Shown: piece after piece, positions 1-10,446 of the stretch | Position numbering within the stretch: the stretch's first letter is position 1 | How the letters are laid out: each line of letters starts with the position of its first letter | Assembly (NCBI RefSeq): GCF_035084215.1 | Contig: NC_090340.1 | Span: forward strand, 42,284,001-42,348,000 | Direction: 5' to 3' | DNA from: Heptranchias perlo | Lineage: Eukaryota | DNA: 64,000 nt | Position numbers and translations under genes: made by a program | Notes under the pieces: model-generated | The model's database searches: none | What the model was told of the DNA's origin: nothing | Seen by the model: the letters and a program-made list of their open reading frames with translations, nothing else

Positions 1-197
1 TGGCCTACTTGTGCTCCTATGAAATTGTCTATGGAAAAAGATGAGTAAATTTAATTTTTGAGCAAGGGATGTATTAGTTGTAAAATGTTAGAGTGCGGCA
101 AGAATATATAGCTTGTATCTTATTTCTAAAATTGAGAGAGGAGGTGTGGATTTAAAAGGACATACCTCTAAGACTGATGTGGTGTGGTTTGCCTTAG

Positions 198-341
198 GTG
201 TTTGTCATGGCTGTGGATTTGCCTCTACCACAAGAGATATCCTGTACAGTCATCTGGTTACCAATCATATGGTCTGCCAGCCAGGTTCAAAGGGTGACTC
301 GTACTCCCCAGGTACAGGCCTACCTGCCCTTCCTTTAACAG
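198..341 (+). CDS. ZFPM1: Internal coding exon of ZFPM1 (FOG1), 144 bp, phase 1-1, encoding a C2H2 finger
   Basis: Flanked by ttag| (AG 196-197) and |gtaagc (342). Translates GVCHGCGFASTTRDILYSHLVTNHMVCQPGSKGDSYSPGTG, nearly identical to recalled human FOG1 GVCHSCGFISTTRDILYSHLVTNHMVCQPGSKGEIYSPG. Splices in frame to 1502. Confidence 0.95.
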
Positions 342-593
342 GTAAGCAAGAAATGCATTCTAGAAACATCCTACATACTGTAATTTTCGGGTTAGCTTGA
401 AATGGGAAAAGCTTGCATGATAGTAGGTCTGTTCCTTATTCACGGCATTACCTATTAAATGATATTTTTGTAAAACAAGTTTAAAAAAATTGATGCAAAA
501 TATTCATATCAGTCTTCAGAGGGTTTTACAATTTGTTACCTATGAGGCAAATGATACCAAACAGTTTTAGAAGCAATCCCAGTCCCAGTATAT

Positions 594-1368
594 GGGGTAA
601 ATTTTAACTCCCAAGAACGGGTGGGTTGGGGGCGGGTGGGGAGTAAAAATACTTCGATTTCAGAGCGGGACCGCATCCCGGCTACAACATGCCTGCTTCT
701 GGGTTTAACCCAGGCAGGTTTATCTGCCGTGGAGAACAGACACCAGGATGTCCTGTCCTCATTTAAAGCAGGTGGGCCGATACATAAAAGGGTAATGTAA
801 CTCATTGAGATACTTGAGGTTCTTAATATTTTGTGTATTGGAACAATAAAACTAATTTAACCTTCCCCGTTCGGGTTTCCCATCGCTTCCGATTCACGTC
901 AGGTGAAAGAAGGCGGGAAAGACTGGATCTATGAGGCGAGTGCCTTTATTGCACTGCTTTGGGGCTGGAGGAGCAGGAGTGCTTCATTCAGGCCCAATAA
1001 GCTCACCTGGACCCCCACGATCAGCCGCCCCTCCCTATGGTGGACCTCCCCCCGCACCATCATGGTGGATCCTCACCTACCTCCGGCTCTTCGCATGACC
1101 TCTGATTTTCTTCTCAGCCTCCCGATCTTCTCCCCGGCCTATGATCTCTCTCCCTCCCTCACTCTGATCCCCGCCTGCTGCAGCGGGCCTTCCTGCCCGA
1201 CAGCCAGACAGCCTGTCAATCAGGCTGGCTGCCGCGCGTGAAACCCGGAAGTGCAATTGATGGGCCGATTGCGACCCGCCCACTTGCGCTTCCGGGTTTC
1301 GCACCCGGAAATCATCCCCCCACCCCCGCCCCCCCCCCCAACCCTGGCTGAAAGTTAAAGTTTACCCC
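594..1368. mobile_element. Non-autonomous TIR element (Harbinger-like MITE) in the last ZFPM1 intron
   Basis: TIR GGGGTAAATTTTAACT ... AGTTAAAGTTTACCCC with GC-rich subterminal inverted similarity. Related copies at 35922-36367 (inverted), 35547-35888 and 52227-52904. Confidence 0.8.
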
Positions 1369-1501
1369 ATGGTGTCAGCTGTATAGAATTAATGACGCTG
1401 AGAAATGCTGTGTAATAGACTAAACAAACTGAAAATAATGCTAGATTTACTCAACTTTTATTTCTAATATTTCTGATTTTTTTTTAATCTGTTCATCACA
1501 G

Positions 1502-3999
1502 GTGTGAAAGTTGGAAATCCGAGTCTGAAGTGTAACCAGTGTGAGTACATTGGGGACTCTGAATCAAACTTGCAGCAACATGGTTCATTGCATGTTGTAC
1601 AAGATACCTTTCAGTGCAATCAGTGCCATGAGAAGCTAAGAAATACTGCTGAGCTAACCAAGCACATGGAGATTCACCAAGGCAATGAGTCACAGCCCAA
1701 TATGGAGGAAACAAAGGACAAGGGTGACGGGGGATTTCCAGCTTTAAGTAGAGAGGTTCCTGAGGAACTTAATATAGTGGTGAAAGTCAAAGAGGAACCT
1801 CTCAATTCACAATCTGAAAGTGAAGGTGATAGGACTATGGAGGAGGGTCAGACAAATCCCACTCCTGACCGTTCCTCCAATGTTTCGTCCCCAAGGAGCA
1901 CCCATATAGTAAAAGTGAAGTCTGAGCATTCAAGCCCAACACCAGCCTCAAGCCCAGTACATTATGGGACTGGTTCAATTGTGTCCGAAGGAACCGTTCT
2001 AATACCATATATGTTCAGTCATGAAACTTCCACATTTCCGCAAGCTTCAGAAATTTTAGCCAAAATGTCTGAGCTAGTCCACAGCAGACTGAAGCAAGGG
2101 GTCAACAACTATCCACTTCTTTATGCAGGAGCACCCATTCAAAAAGGAGCAACGTGCTATGAGTGCGACATTACATTCAATAATATCAACAACTACTTGG
2201 CACATAAACGACTCTATTGTTCCAGCAGGCATCAGCAGCCAGACCATCCTACCGTTGTTGAGACTGTGAAGGATTCTGCACCCACAAACAGAACTGAACA
2301 AGCATCTCATAGTCCAGCTTCTGTAGCAGAAAATCAGCATGCTTCTTCCTCACATACTGACTCTGAAAGAGAGCTACGGACACCAAATGTAGAGAGTAAA
2401 CTGCCAGAAATCAAAACTGAGGACAGTGCCATGAAGGATACCTCATCTGAAGGGGAAAGCCATAGTAGGGTTAGTGAAGGCAGCCGGAGTCCAAGTAACT
2501 CTGTTGAAGATTTTGATGATGACCCTACAAAAACTGTTTGTGAAGCCTGCAATATAAGGTTTACCCGACATGAGACCCTTGTTGTACACAAACGTTTATA
2601 TTGTGCTTCAAGACATGACCCCCCTCTTCGGAAGCCAAATGGTGGGAAAGTGGTATTCCTTCAGCAAACTGTACGTACACGTAAACGTAAAAAGCTGTTT
2701 GAGATTCATGGTACTGGCCATCAGCCTCTTCCATCACCTTCCCCAAGTGAAGTGTCTGTTCATAGTCCTTCAGCTACCCTCCTTCAAAGTGGTGCGCTAC
2801 CTAACAATGTAGAAGCTTTGAAAGTAAAGCAAGAGACTCTCTCACTTTCTTCAAGGTCAACTGATTCTCTTTCCCTGTCAACAGGTTACATGTTAACAAC
2901 TCAATCCAGTGCAACTTCATCACCAAGTTCAAGTTCAGATGTTGATGGACCAATTGATCTTAGCAAAAAGCCTCGTATTCAGGAAGAACCATTGATCCAT
3001 GCTGCCCCTTTGCTTCCAGCCTCACATTTTTCAACAGACTATCATGAATGTACCTCCTGCAAAATTAGTTTTAACAGTGTAGAAAACTATCTTACTCATA
3101 AAAAGTATTACTGCTCTACTACTGCTCTTCAGCACAGTAAGATGGAGCATCTTGCCAGAGTAAAGATGCAGGCTTCTGCTTCAATAAAAGCTAAGAAAAA
3201 TAGGATGGAAATTGCAGACCCTCACATACAAGCAGAGGAATTGAAGAAAAAAGATATAAGCACTAAATGTATTCCAGAAAGTCCAAGCTTGGTACATGCT
3301 TGCATTACTCCAAGCAACTCTCCAGGAATATACCACTGCAGTCCAGATGTTTTGCAGGATGGGCCTCAGTTGTCCCCCCATGTTAAGACCCTCTCAGCAC
3401 CTCAGCGTGCTCATTCAGTCATCTGTCCCTATTGTCCACTTAATGGACCAATTGAAGGAGACCTTATTGAGCATTTTAAGAATGCTCATGATTTGCTGTT
3501 GACCAAGCAGCTTTCAACTGGGAACACAACAGAAGGTATAATGCAGGATATTGCATCACAAGATAAACTCATGACAAACAGTATTTCCAAAAGCAGTCCT
3601 CAGAATTCAAGAGTTCCTGCCCCATCTCTCAAGTCAGGTGCTCAAATACAGAAGAATATCCCAAATGCCAAAGATCAAAGAGAATCTGTCTCTTCCCAGT
3701 CTTCATTTGAAAGTCCTTTGCAGAACATCTCACCTAAACCTTTACTGACATCCTCCCCTAATGTTGCTCTGAAAATCTCACCAGTGCCTGACAGCCCCAG
3801 AGATTCAGGCTTCAAATCTCTCAGCCCACCCATCAATGTTGACAAATCTGTTCAGACAGCCATGTCAGTCCCAAGCCCTGTGCAGAATGGAAACCACAGA
3901 TACTGTCGCTTGTGCAACATCAAGTTCAGTAGTCTTTCAACTTTTATAGCTCATAAGAAGTATTACTGTTCTTCTCATACTGCAGAACATGTTAAATAA
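1502..3999 (+). CDS. ZFPM1: Terminal coding exon of ZFPM1 (Friend of GATA 1)
   Basis: Polypyrimidine tract and cacag| acceptor (AG 1500-1501), then an 831-codon open frame. Contains ASEILAKMSELVHSRL, four CCHC FOG-type fingers (CYEC, CEAC, CTSC, CRLC), three C2H2 fingers, basic RKRKK, the PIDLS CtBP motif (2950-2964), FOG1-type CPYCPLNGPIEGDLIEHF, and ends NGNHRYCRLCNIKFSSLSTFIAHKKYYCSSHTAEHVK-stop. The GTG start in the ORF track is not a real start. Confidence 0.97.
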
Positions 4000-6490
4000 G
4001 TTCATGCATCTGCAAACTGTATCCTGAATGTTTGCTCTGATGTTTGGCACAAATTACTTAACACCTCAATATCTTTGTGCATCTTGCTATACAGTTTAGA
4101 AGCAATCATGAAAACACAACATTGGTTTCTGGTGTTAAAATGTTAACCACATTCCAATCTTAGTAAGTTGTTTGAAATGTCCCAGGATGAAGTGACTTTT
4201 TTTTCAAACTATGTCCTTAAATTGGATTCATTTTTGACCTCATATGCTCAGCTGATGAAGTACATTATAGGATTGTACTTTCTCAGTTGAAGCAATGAAT
4301 GATACATAGAAATGAAATCTTTTGGTTCTGTTTACATGCCTGGTTTAATGTGCTCCTTTTGAAGAAACCATGTGAAAGAGCTAATCGGTATGTTTACTAG
4401 CTGCATAACTTAAAATATTTTTATAATAATCTTCCAAACCAATTTAATTATAAGTAAGTTTTCTTAAACATTTTCAGAATATTCCATATGCAACCTTTGG
4501 GTGAGTTTATAACAAAACAAGTATCGTACTTACATCACTTTTGACAATCTGGCACCTACATTTGCCTTCTACTTGGGGGAATAGCTTGCAGATTTTGAAA
4601 CTAGGAAGGAAATGTTTAGATTTGTTAAAGTTGAAGTATCTGACAAATTTGTTCATTGAAGAAATTCATATTCAATCCTCTGTAACCTCGTATGTCTTGG
4701 TTAAACTTCCCTCTTCTGAAGGAAATTATTAATGGAATATAACTTTGTCAGTGTTTTCAATCGTCAGGAAGTCCCAATGCCATTAAAAATAGCCAACCCA
4801 CCATGAATTTCAAACCTGTTTTTCACCTTCTGGAGGTAGTTTAATTCTAGGGCAGGCTCCAATTGGCAGAGTGGGCAGAACTTAGTCTTACAAATTCAGT
4901 ATTTATAACTCAAGTCAGAAATATTGGAAATGATTCCAAAGAAAACATTGAAACAGTAACATGTTTTCTAGTGATTTTTGTCACACAAATACTGATAGTT
5001 GAATACTACTGAAATATTGAGAAGTGATCACTAGGGAGCAGAGTCGTTTAGTGATTTAGTGATAGTCTTGCTAATTGTTTAGTTAGTGCATGCTAATCCT
5101 GTCAGCCTTCATTTCAGTGCATTCAATTCAACTATAGTAATGTCTCTAATTTTTATTTATTAGTGTTGTATTTATTATCAGGGCTTACGTGCAAAGCCAG
5201 CGCTAATGCAAAAATGTGCTGACTGAACAGCATTTTTTATTTTAGAGCTTAGTTTACCAAAACCAGGACTCAAATTAACTAGTAAAGTTCGATGAGTAAT
5301 ATGAAAGAATTTATTTTGAACTGTCTCATTGTACAAGATCTGTAGGTCCAATGCATCCCTGGGAATGATTGCCTTTCCTCTATATTATTATTTTGTAGAC
5401 AAAGCTTATTGCTGTAATGCACATTAAGTGTGCTCAATGAACGGAATGGTGTTTTGGTGCTTAAATGTAAATGATTCCTAATCTTTATCAACATGGTGTT
5501 TTTCATAAAATAACTGTTGATCATTATTGTGTTTTATGTTGCTCACCTAGAGGGTGTAATGTTAGAAGAGAGGAACAAGTTACTTTGTTCAGTGGCAATC
5601 GTGTGGGTTAAAAATGTCTTAACATTTTTAAATTTGGGTGGGAGGAAAGCAGGATGGATAAAGGAAGAGATGGCCGGCAATCTGACTGGGCCCATTCAAT
5701 TGGATTAAACGTCATAGAAATTATAGCATGCAAGGAGGCTATTCGGCACCTGTGCCAGTGTTAGCTCTTAAGCTTAATTTCTCTCTTTACCTCTTTTTCC
5801 ACCCCCCCCCCCCCCCCCCCACCCCAAAGGAGTGTCATGCCCTGTTTGGAACTAAACAAACTGATTTCTCCTCTATTGCTGAAAAATGACAGGCAACAGT
5901 GGCACTTGGACCAAAAATACAGTGGTTCGGAGCAAGCATCTGCTGTACTCCCAGGCAGATATACTTTCTCTCTTGTTGGTCAAAACATGTTACTGACCAA
6001 ATATTACATTTGTAGACTGTTACCTAAAATGCCTTGGTAGTCTTTTTGGAGGTATATTGTGGTATATTTTTAAACATCATTCAGACTTTATTCGTTCAGA
6101 AGATTGTTACATCACTAAGTTCAATAAAACACATATGGTAACTATACAGTTTGTAGACTGCAAATATTTTATAAAGATTTATGAAAGCAATGACATTTAA
6201 ATGAAGTCGGATCAAACAAAAGGTATATGGTCTCTGAAACTCTTGTTGTTTGCATGATTGTTCCTATGTAATTGGAAAAGCTATGCTTTGGTTGCACGTG
6301 TGTCTTTCTACGACTTTATGAAATACAAGATTTTTTTACTTTTCCAGAAGGTGCTGTTAATTTATTTATATTGTAGAGCAGTGTTTACTATGATAATCTG
6401 TGGAATTAATCTTGACATAAGTCTCTCTCTACAAAGCAGTGCTAATGGATGTTCAGTTTAATAAATCCATTTTTACACTTTTTGCACTGT
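4000..6490 (+). other. Probable ZFPM1 3'UTR with candidate poly(A) signals AATAAA at 6123-6128 and 6460-6465
   Basis: AT/U-rich, largely repeat-free sequence after the stop, with two AATAAA hexamers followed by T/GT-rich sequence. The true end cannot be fixed from DNA alone. Confidence 0.5.
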
Positions 6491-7378
6491 ATTGTATAAA
6501 TTCTGCTGAATGATGTAGTTTAGAAGCTATTTACAGAATATTTATGTTTCAATTCAGCACTTTTATACCTCTCTGAATTTGCCTACTATAGTGACCAATA
6601 ACTTTCAACTCTCAGTTGAAAGCTGCCTTCAGTGATTTAACCATGTCTGAGACTGATCATACTGTTAAAGTGAATGTCATTCTCAATTTCCAATTGGGAA
6701 TTGACCCACTACACACTAGTTTGAGCTATGCATGCTAATAAATTGTCCTGTGGGACATCTGAAGCACTACTATGCCTCTCTCGTCTGTGTGAGTCCTTTT
6801 GTGTCGTGTGTTTGTCTCTGAATCAGTGCATATCTTAAGATGAAAATAATTCCATTTTTCCACTAAGAGACAGAACGACAGCGGGTGCATCATGTCAGTG
6901 ATGCTGGGCTTTTCCATGGACCAACATCAGTGGTAAGCCCTCTGTTTTGTCTGTTATATTTTATTCACCTATTGGATTGGATGCATTTGTTTATGATGAT
7001 GTGCTTTGGCAAGGAGGAAATGACAATGTAATACTGCTTTGAATTGATTCACAATACTTGTATCTCCTAGAAACTGAGCATGGAGTTGGTTTCACATAGA
7101 GTCATTGAAAAAGGGCACTATGTAGACAAGGAAGTTCAGTAGGATCTTTTTTATGGGGCAAGGGTGATTTTTAAAATATCGTGTTTTAAGCAGAGTTCTG
7201 AATAGAAGCCAGTTTCCGCCAATGGATCCACATTTTTTAAAAGTTATTTACAACATTAATAAGACAGTGTATCTGACAATGTGTGTACGACGGAAATGTC
7301 AGTGGGTGTTGAAGTATTGGTGAGCTTTAAAGTTTCCTGATGTGGAGAAAAGGATGGATAACTGATCAACATATTGAA

Positions 7379-10300
7379 CATTTAAACAGTGCACGAGAGC
7401 TAGCAGCAGCAGAGCATATCTGGAGAACCAGAGGGGCACATTTAAACAGCGAGCGAGAGCTAGCAGCAGCAGAGCATATTGGGAAACCCAGAGGGACATA
7501 TTTAAACAGCACGCGAGAGCCTGCAGCAGCAAAGCGTATCGGGAGACCCAGAGCGGCAGATACCAGACAGAGGGAAAAACTCAAAGCGACGTCATAGTCA
7601 GCACAGAATGAGGAGCGGCGGACCTGAGCAATTAGAGCTAAGTTTTTAATTTAACATTTAACCTAAGTATTAAGAGCATAATATCCTTTAGGTAAACAAA
7701 TAGACCCAAGTGGCTAAATAGATCAAAGGGGACAAAATAAACTAAGTAGAAGAAACCCAACATTAAAGGGATCCAATTTGCATTAAATAAGTATCTGCTA
7801 TACATAAATAATTAGAGTAATTAATTGCAAATTAATTTAAAATCAAACTAATCCATCAGCTAATTAATAATAGCCTTCAAGTGATTCTCGTAGTTCTAGA
7901 TATAAATTACTGCTAACTAATAAATAAAGAATAGAGATGACAGCACATGCTATGTGTCGGGACTGTGATATGTGGGAGTTTATGGACAGTGAGACTGTCC
8001 TGGATTGCCACATCTGCAGCAAACGTCTCTGCCTTGAGTCACTCCAGCTCAGAGTCGTTGAGCTGGAGTGTGAGTTAGAGACACATAACAGAGGGGGAGG
8101 AATATCTGGATAGTTTTCTCCAGAGTACAGTCACACCTCCAGAGGAAAGCACAAGTGCAGGAAGGGGAGAGTGTGGCTGTCAGTCAATAGGATAGGGGGA
8201 ACCTGGGGGAAGTAGAGAAGGTGGTCCCACAGACACTGGTCCTATCCAAGAGGTACAATGTACTTGCTACCTGTGAGGATAAGGATGAAGGCTGCAGGGA
8301 GGATGCCCAGAATGCTCACCATGGCACCGTGGAGCAGGAGGCAGTCCAAGAGGGGGAGGGGCAAAATAGAAAGGTTGTAGTTATTGGGGATTCGATAATT
8401 AGGGGGATAGATAGCATCCTCTGCAGTTGCGATTGAGAGTCCAGGAGATTGTGGTGCCTACTTGGTGCAAAGGTAAATAACATCTCTGAGCAACTGGAGA
8501 GGAACTTGGAAAGGGAGGGGGAGGATCCAGTTGTTGTGGTCCATTTTGGGGCCAATGACGTAGGGAAGAAAAGGGAGGAGGTCCTGATAAGGGAATATCA
8601 GAAGTTAGGAAATAAATTTTAAAAACAGGACCTCACGGGTGGTATTCTTGGGATTACTACCTGAGCCATGTGCTAATTGGCAGAGAACAGACAGATCAGG
8701 AAGGTGAATGTGTGGCTGAAAGACTGGTGTGGGACGGAGCGGGTTCCATTTCATGGGGCACTGGCACCAGTACTGGGTCAGGAGCTGGGATGGGCTCCAT
8801 CTGAACCGGAATGAGACCAGTGTCCTAGCGAAAAAGGATAAATAGGGCAGTGGATAAGACTTTAAACTAGTAAGACGGGGAGGAGGGATCTGGTGAAAAT
8901 AGCATAAGTCTGAAGATAAAAGAAATAGGAGATGAAAGTAAAGGTTAAAGCAAGGAAAAGAAATAGGGTAACAAACGGTCAGGGAACAAATACAGTTATA
9001 GAACATAAGTACAAAATGACTGTTAAAAATAAAGTGAGGGGAACAATTATTAAAAACAAATTAAATTGCCTGTACAGCAATGTGCACAGCATTCGAAACA
9101 AAACGGGGGAACTGGAGGCAATAATTCGGAGCGAGGAGCCAGATGTAGTAGGGATAACTGAAACATGGCGTAATAAAGAACAAGACTGGCAGTTAAATAT
9201 TGCAGGATATAACATATATTTAGAAAGGATAGGGAAGGAAGAAGGGTGTGGGGTAGCTGTACGAATTAAAGACAACATAATGACAGTAGAAAAAAGGACA
9301 TAAGTAACATTAAAATAAAAACAATCCATATGGATTGAGACAAAGGATAAGAAGGGATCGATAACATTAATAGCTATATTCTACAGACCATCTAATAGTG
9401 GAAGGGAAGTGGAGGAAGAAATATGTGAGCAAATCAATTAAATGATTAAAAGACATCGAATAATAATCTTGGGAGATTTCAGCTACCCACAAATAAACTG
9501 GCAAGAAGAGGTAGGGGAAGGGGTAAAGGGAATGGAGTTTTTACAGTGTGTACTGGACTCCTCTCTTACCCAGTATGTAGGAAGACCAACCATAGAGGAA
9601 TCACTGCTGGATCCAGTAATGGGAAATGAACCAGACCAGATAAGAGAAGTAAGCGTAGGGGAACATCCAGGCAATAGCGCTCAGAACATAATAAGGTTTA
9701 AAATAATGATTGAGGAAGACATAAGTAAGACAAAAACCAAAGTAGTAGATTGTAAAAAAATGCTAATTTTGAGGGGATGAGAATGGAACTAGAGACTGTA
9801 AACTGGAAGAAAATGTTGACTGATAAAGAGATAGAACAGCAATGAGAAATATTTAAAACAGTGATCAATAGAGTTCAGGAGAAATATATTCAATGAAGAT
9901 ATAAGGGTAAAATTGAAACTAAAGAAAAAGGCAGACTCTAAATACATAGACAATTAAGGAGAGGATGACAAAACGAAATGCGAAGAGATTAGGAAAGAAG
10001 TAAAAAAAATAATTAGGAAAGCAAAGAGGAACTACGAAATTAAATTATCAAGAAATATAAAAAGAAATAGTAAGGTATTCCACAGACACATCAATAACAA
10101 AAGAAAAACCAGGATTAGATTAAGGCCACTAAGGGATGCACAAGATAAATTTTCAGGTAATGACAGCGAAATGGCAGAAATATTGAATAGTTACTTTGCC
10201 TCAGTATTTACCAGGGAGACGAACAAGTTGGGCATGACATTAGAAGAAGAGAACAAAGTGATATAAAGACATTTAAGATAGAAAGGGGGAGATAATTGAT

Positions 10301-10400
10301 AAACTAATCAAACTTGGAGAGGATAAAACCCCTGGTCCAGATGGATTGCATCCGTGCATATTAAAAGAAGTTAGCGAAGAGATAACAGAGGCACTATTAC
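7379..10400 (+). mobile_element. CR1 LINE, degenerate, 5' part (monomeric 5'UTR, ORF1 zinc finger/esterase, ORF2 endonuclease); continues at 13608-14497 and 17306-17630
   Basis: 60-bp 5' tandem units. ORF1-like C..C.MWE..C.IC.KC near 7940-8040 and VVVIGDSIIRG. ORF2-like LNCLYSNVHSIRNK, VGITETW, ILGDFSYPQINW. Many frameshifts. Confidence 0.85.
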
Positions 10401-10410
10401 ATATAAATAA

Positions 10411-10445
<35 letters not shown>
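10401..10445. repeat. (TAAA)n/(TA)n microsatellite at a LINE-in-LINE junction
   Basis: atataaataaataaatatatata... read directly. Confidence 0.9.

Positions 10446-10446
<1 letters not shown>

Noticed and set aside
113-400. 95-aa ORF as a standalone gene
   Set aside because: Only 198-341 is exon; the rest is intron read-through.
1502-3999. Calling the gene ZFPM2
   Set aside because: The upstream finger exon, the CPYCP.NGP finger and the C-terminal NGNHRYCRLCNIKFSSLSTF all match FOG1 rather than FOG2.
4897-6489. miR-200-type (CAGTATT, 4897) and miR-130-type (TTGCACTG, 6482) seed matches
   Set aside because: Short matches are expected by chance in an AT-rich UTR, the second may lie beyond the cleavage site, and conservation cannot be tested here.
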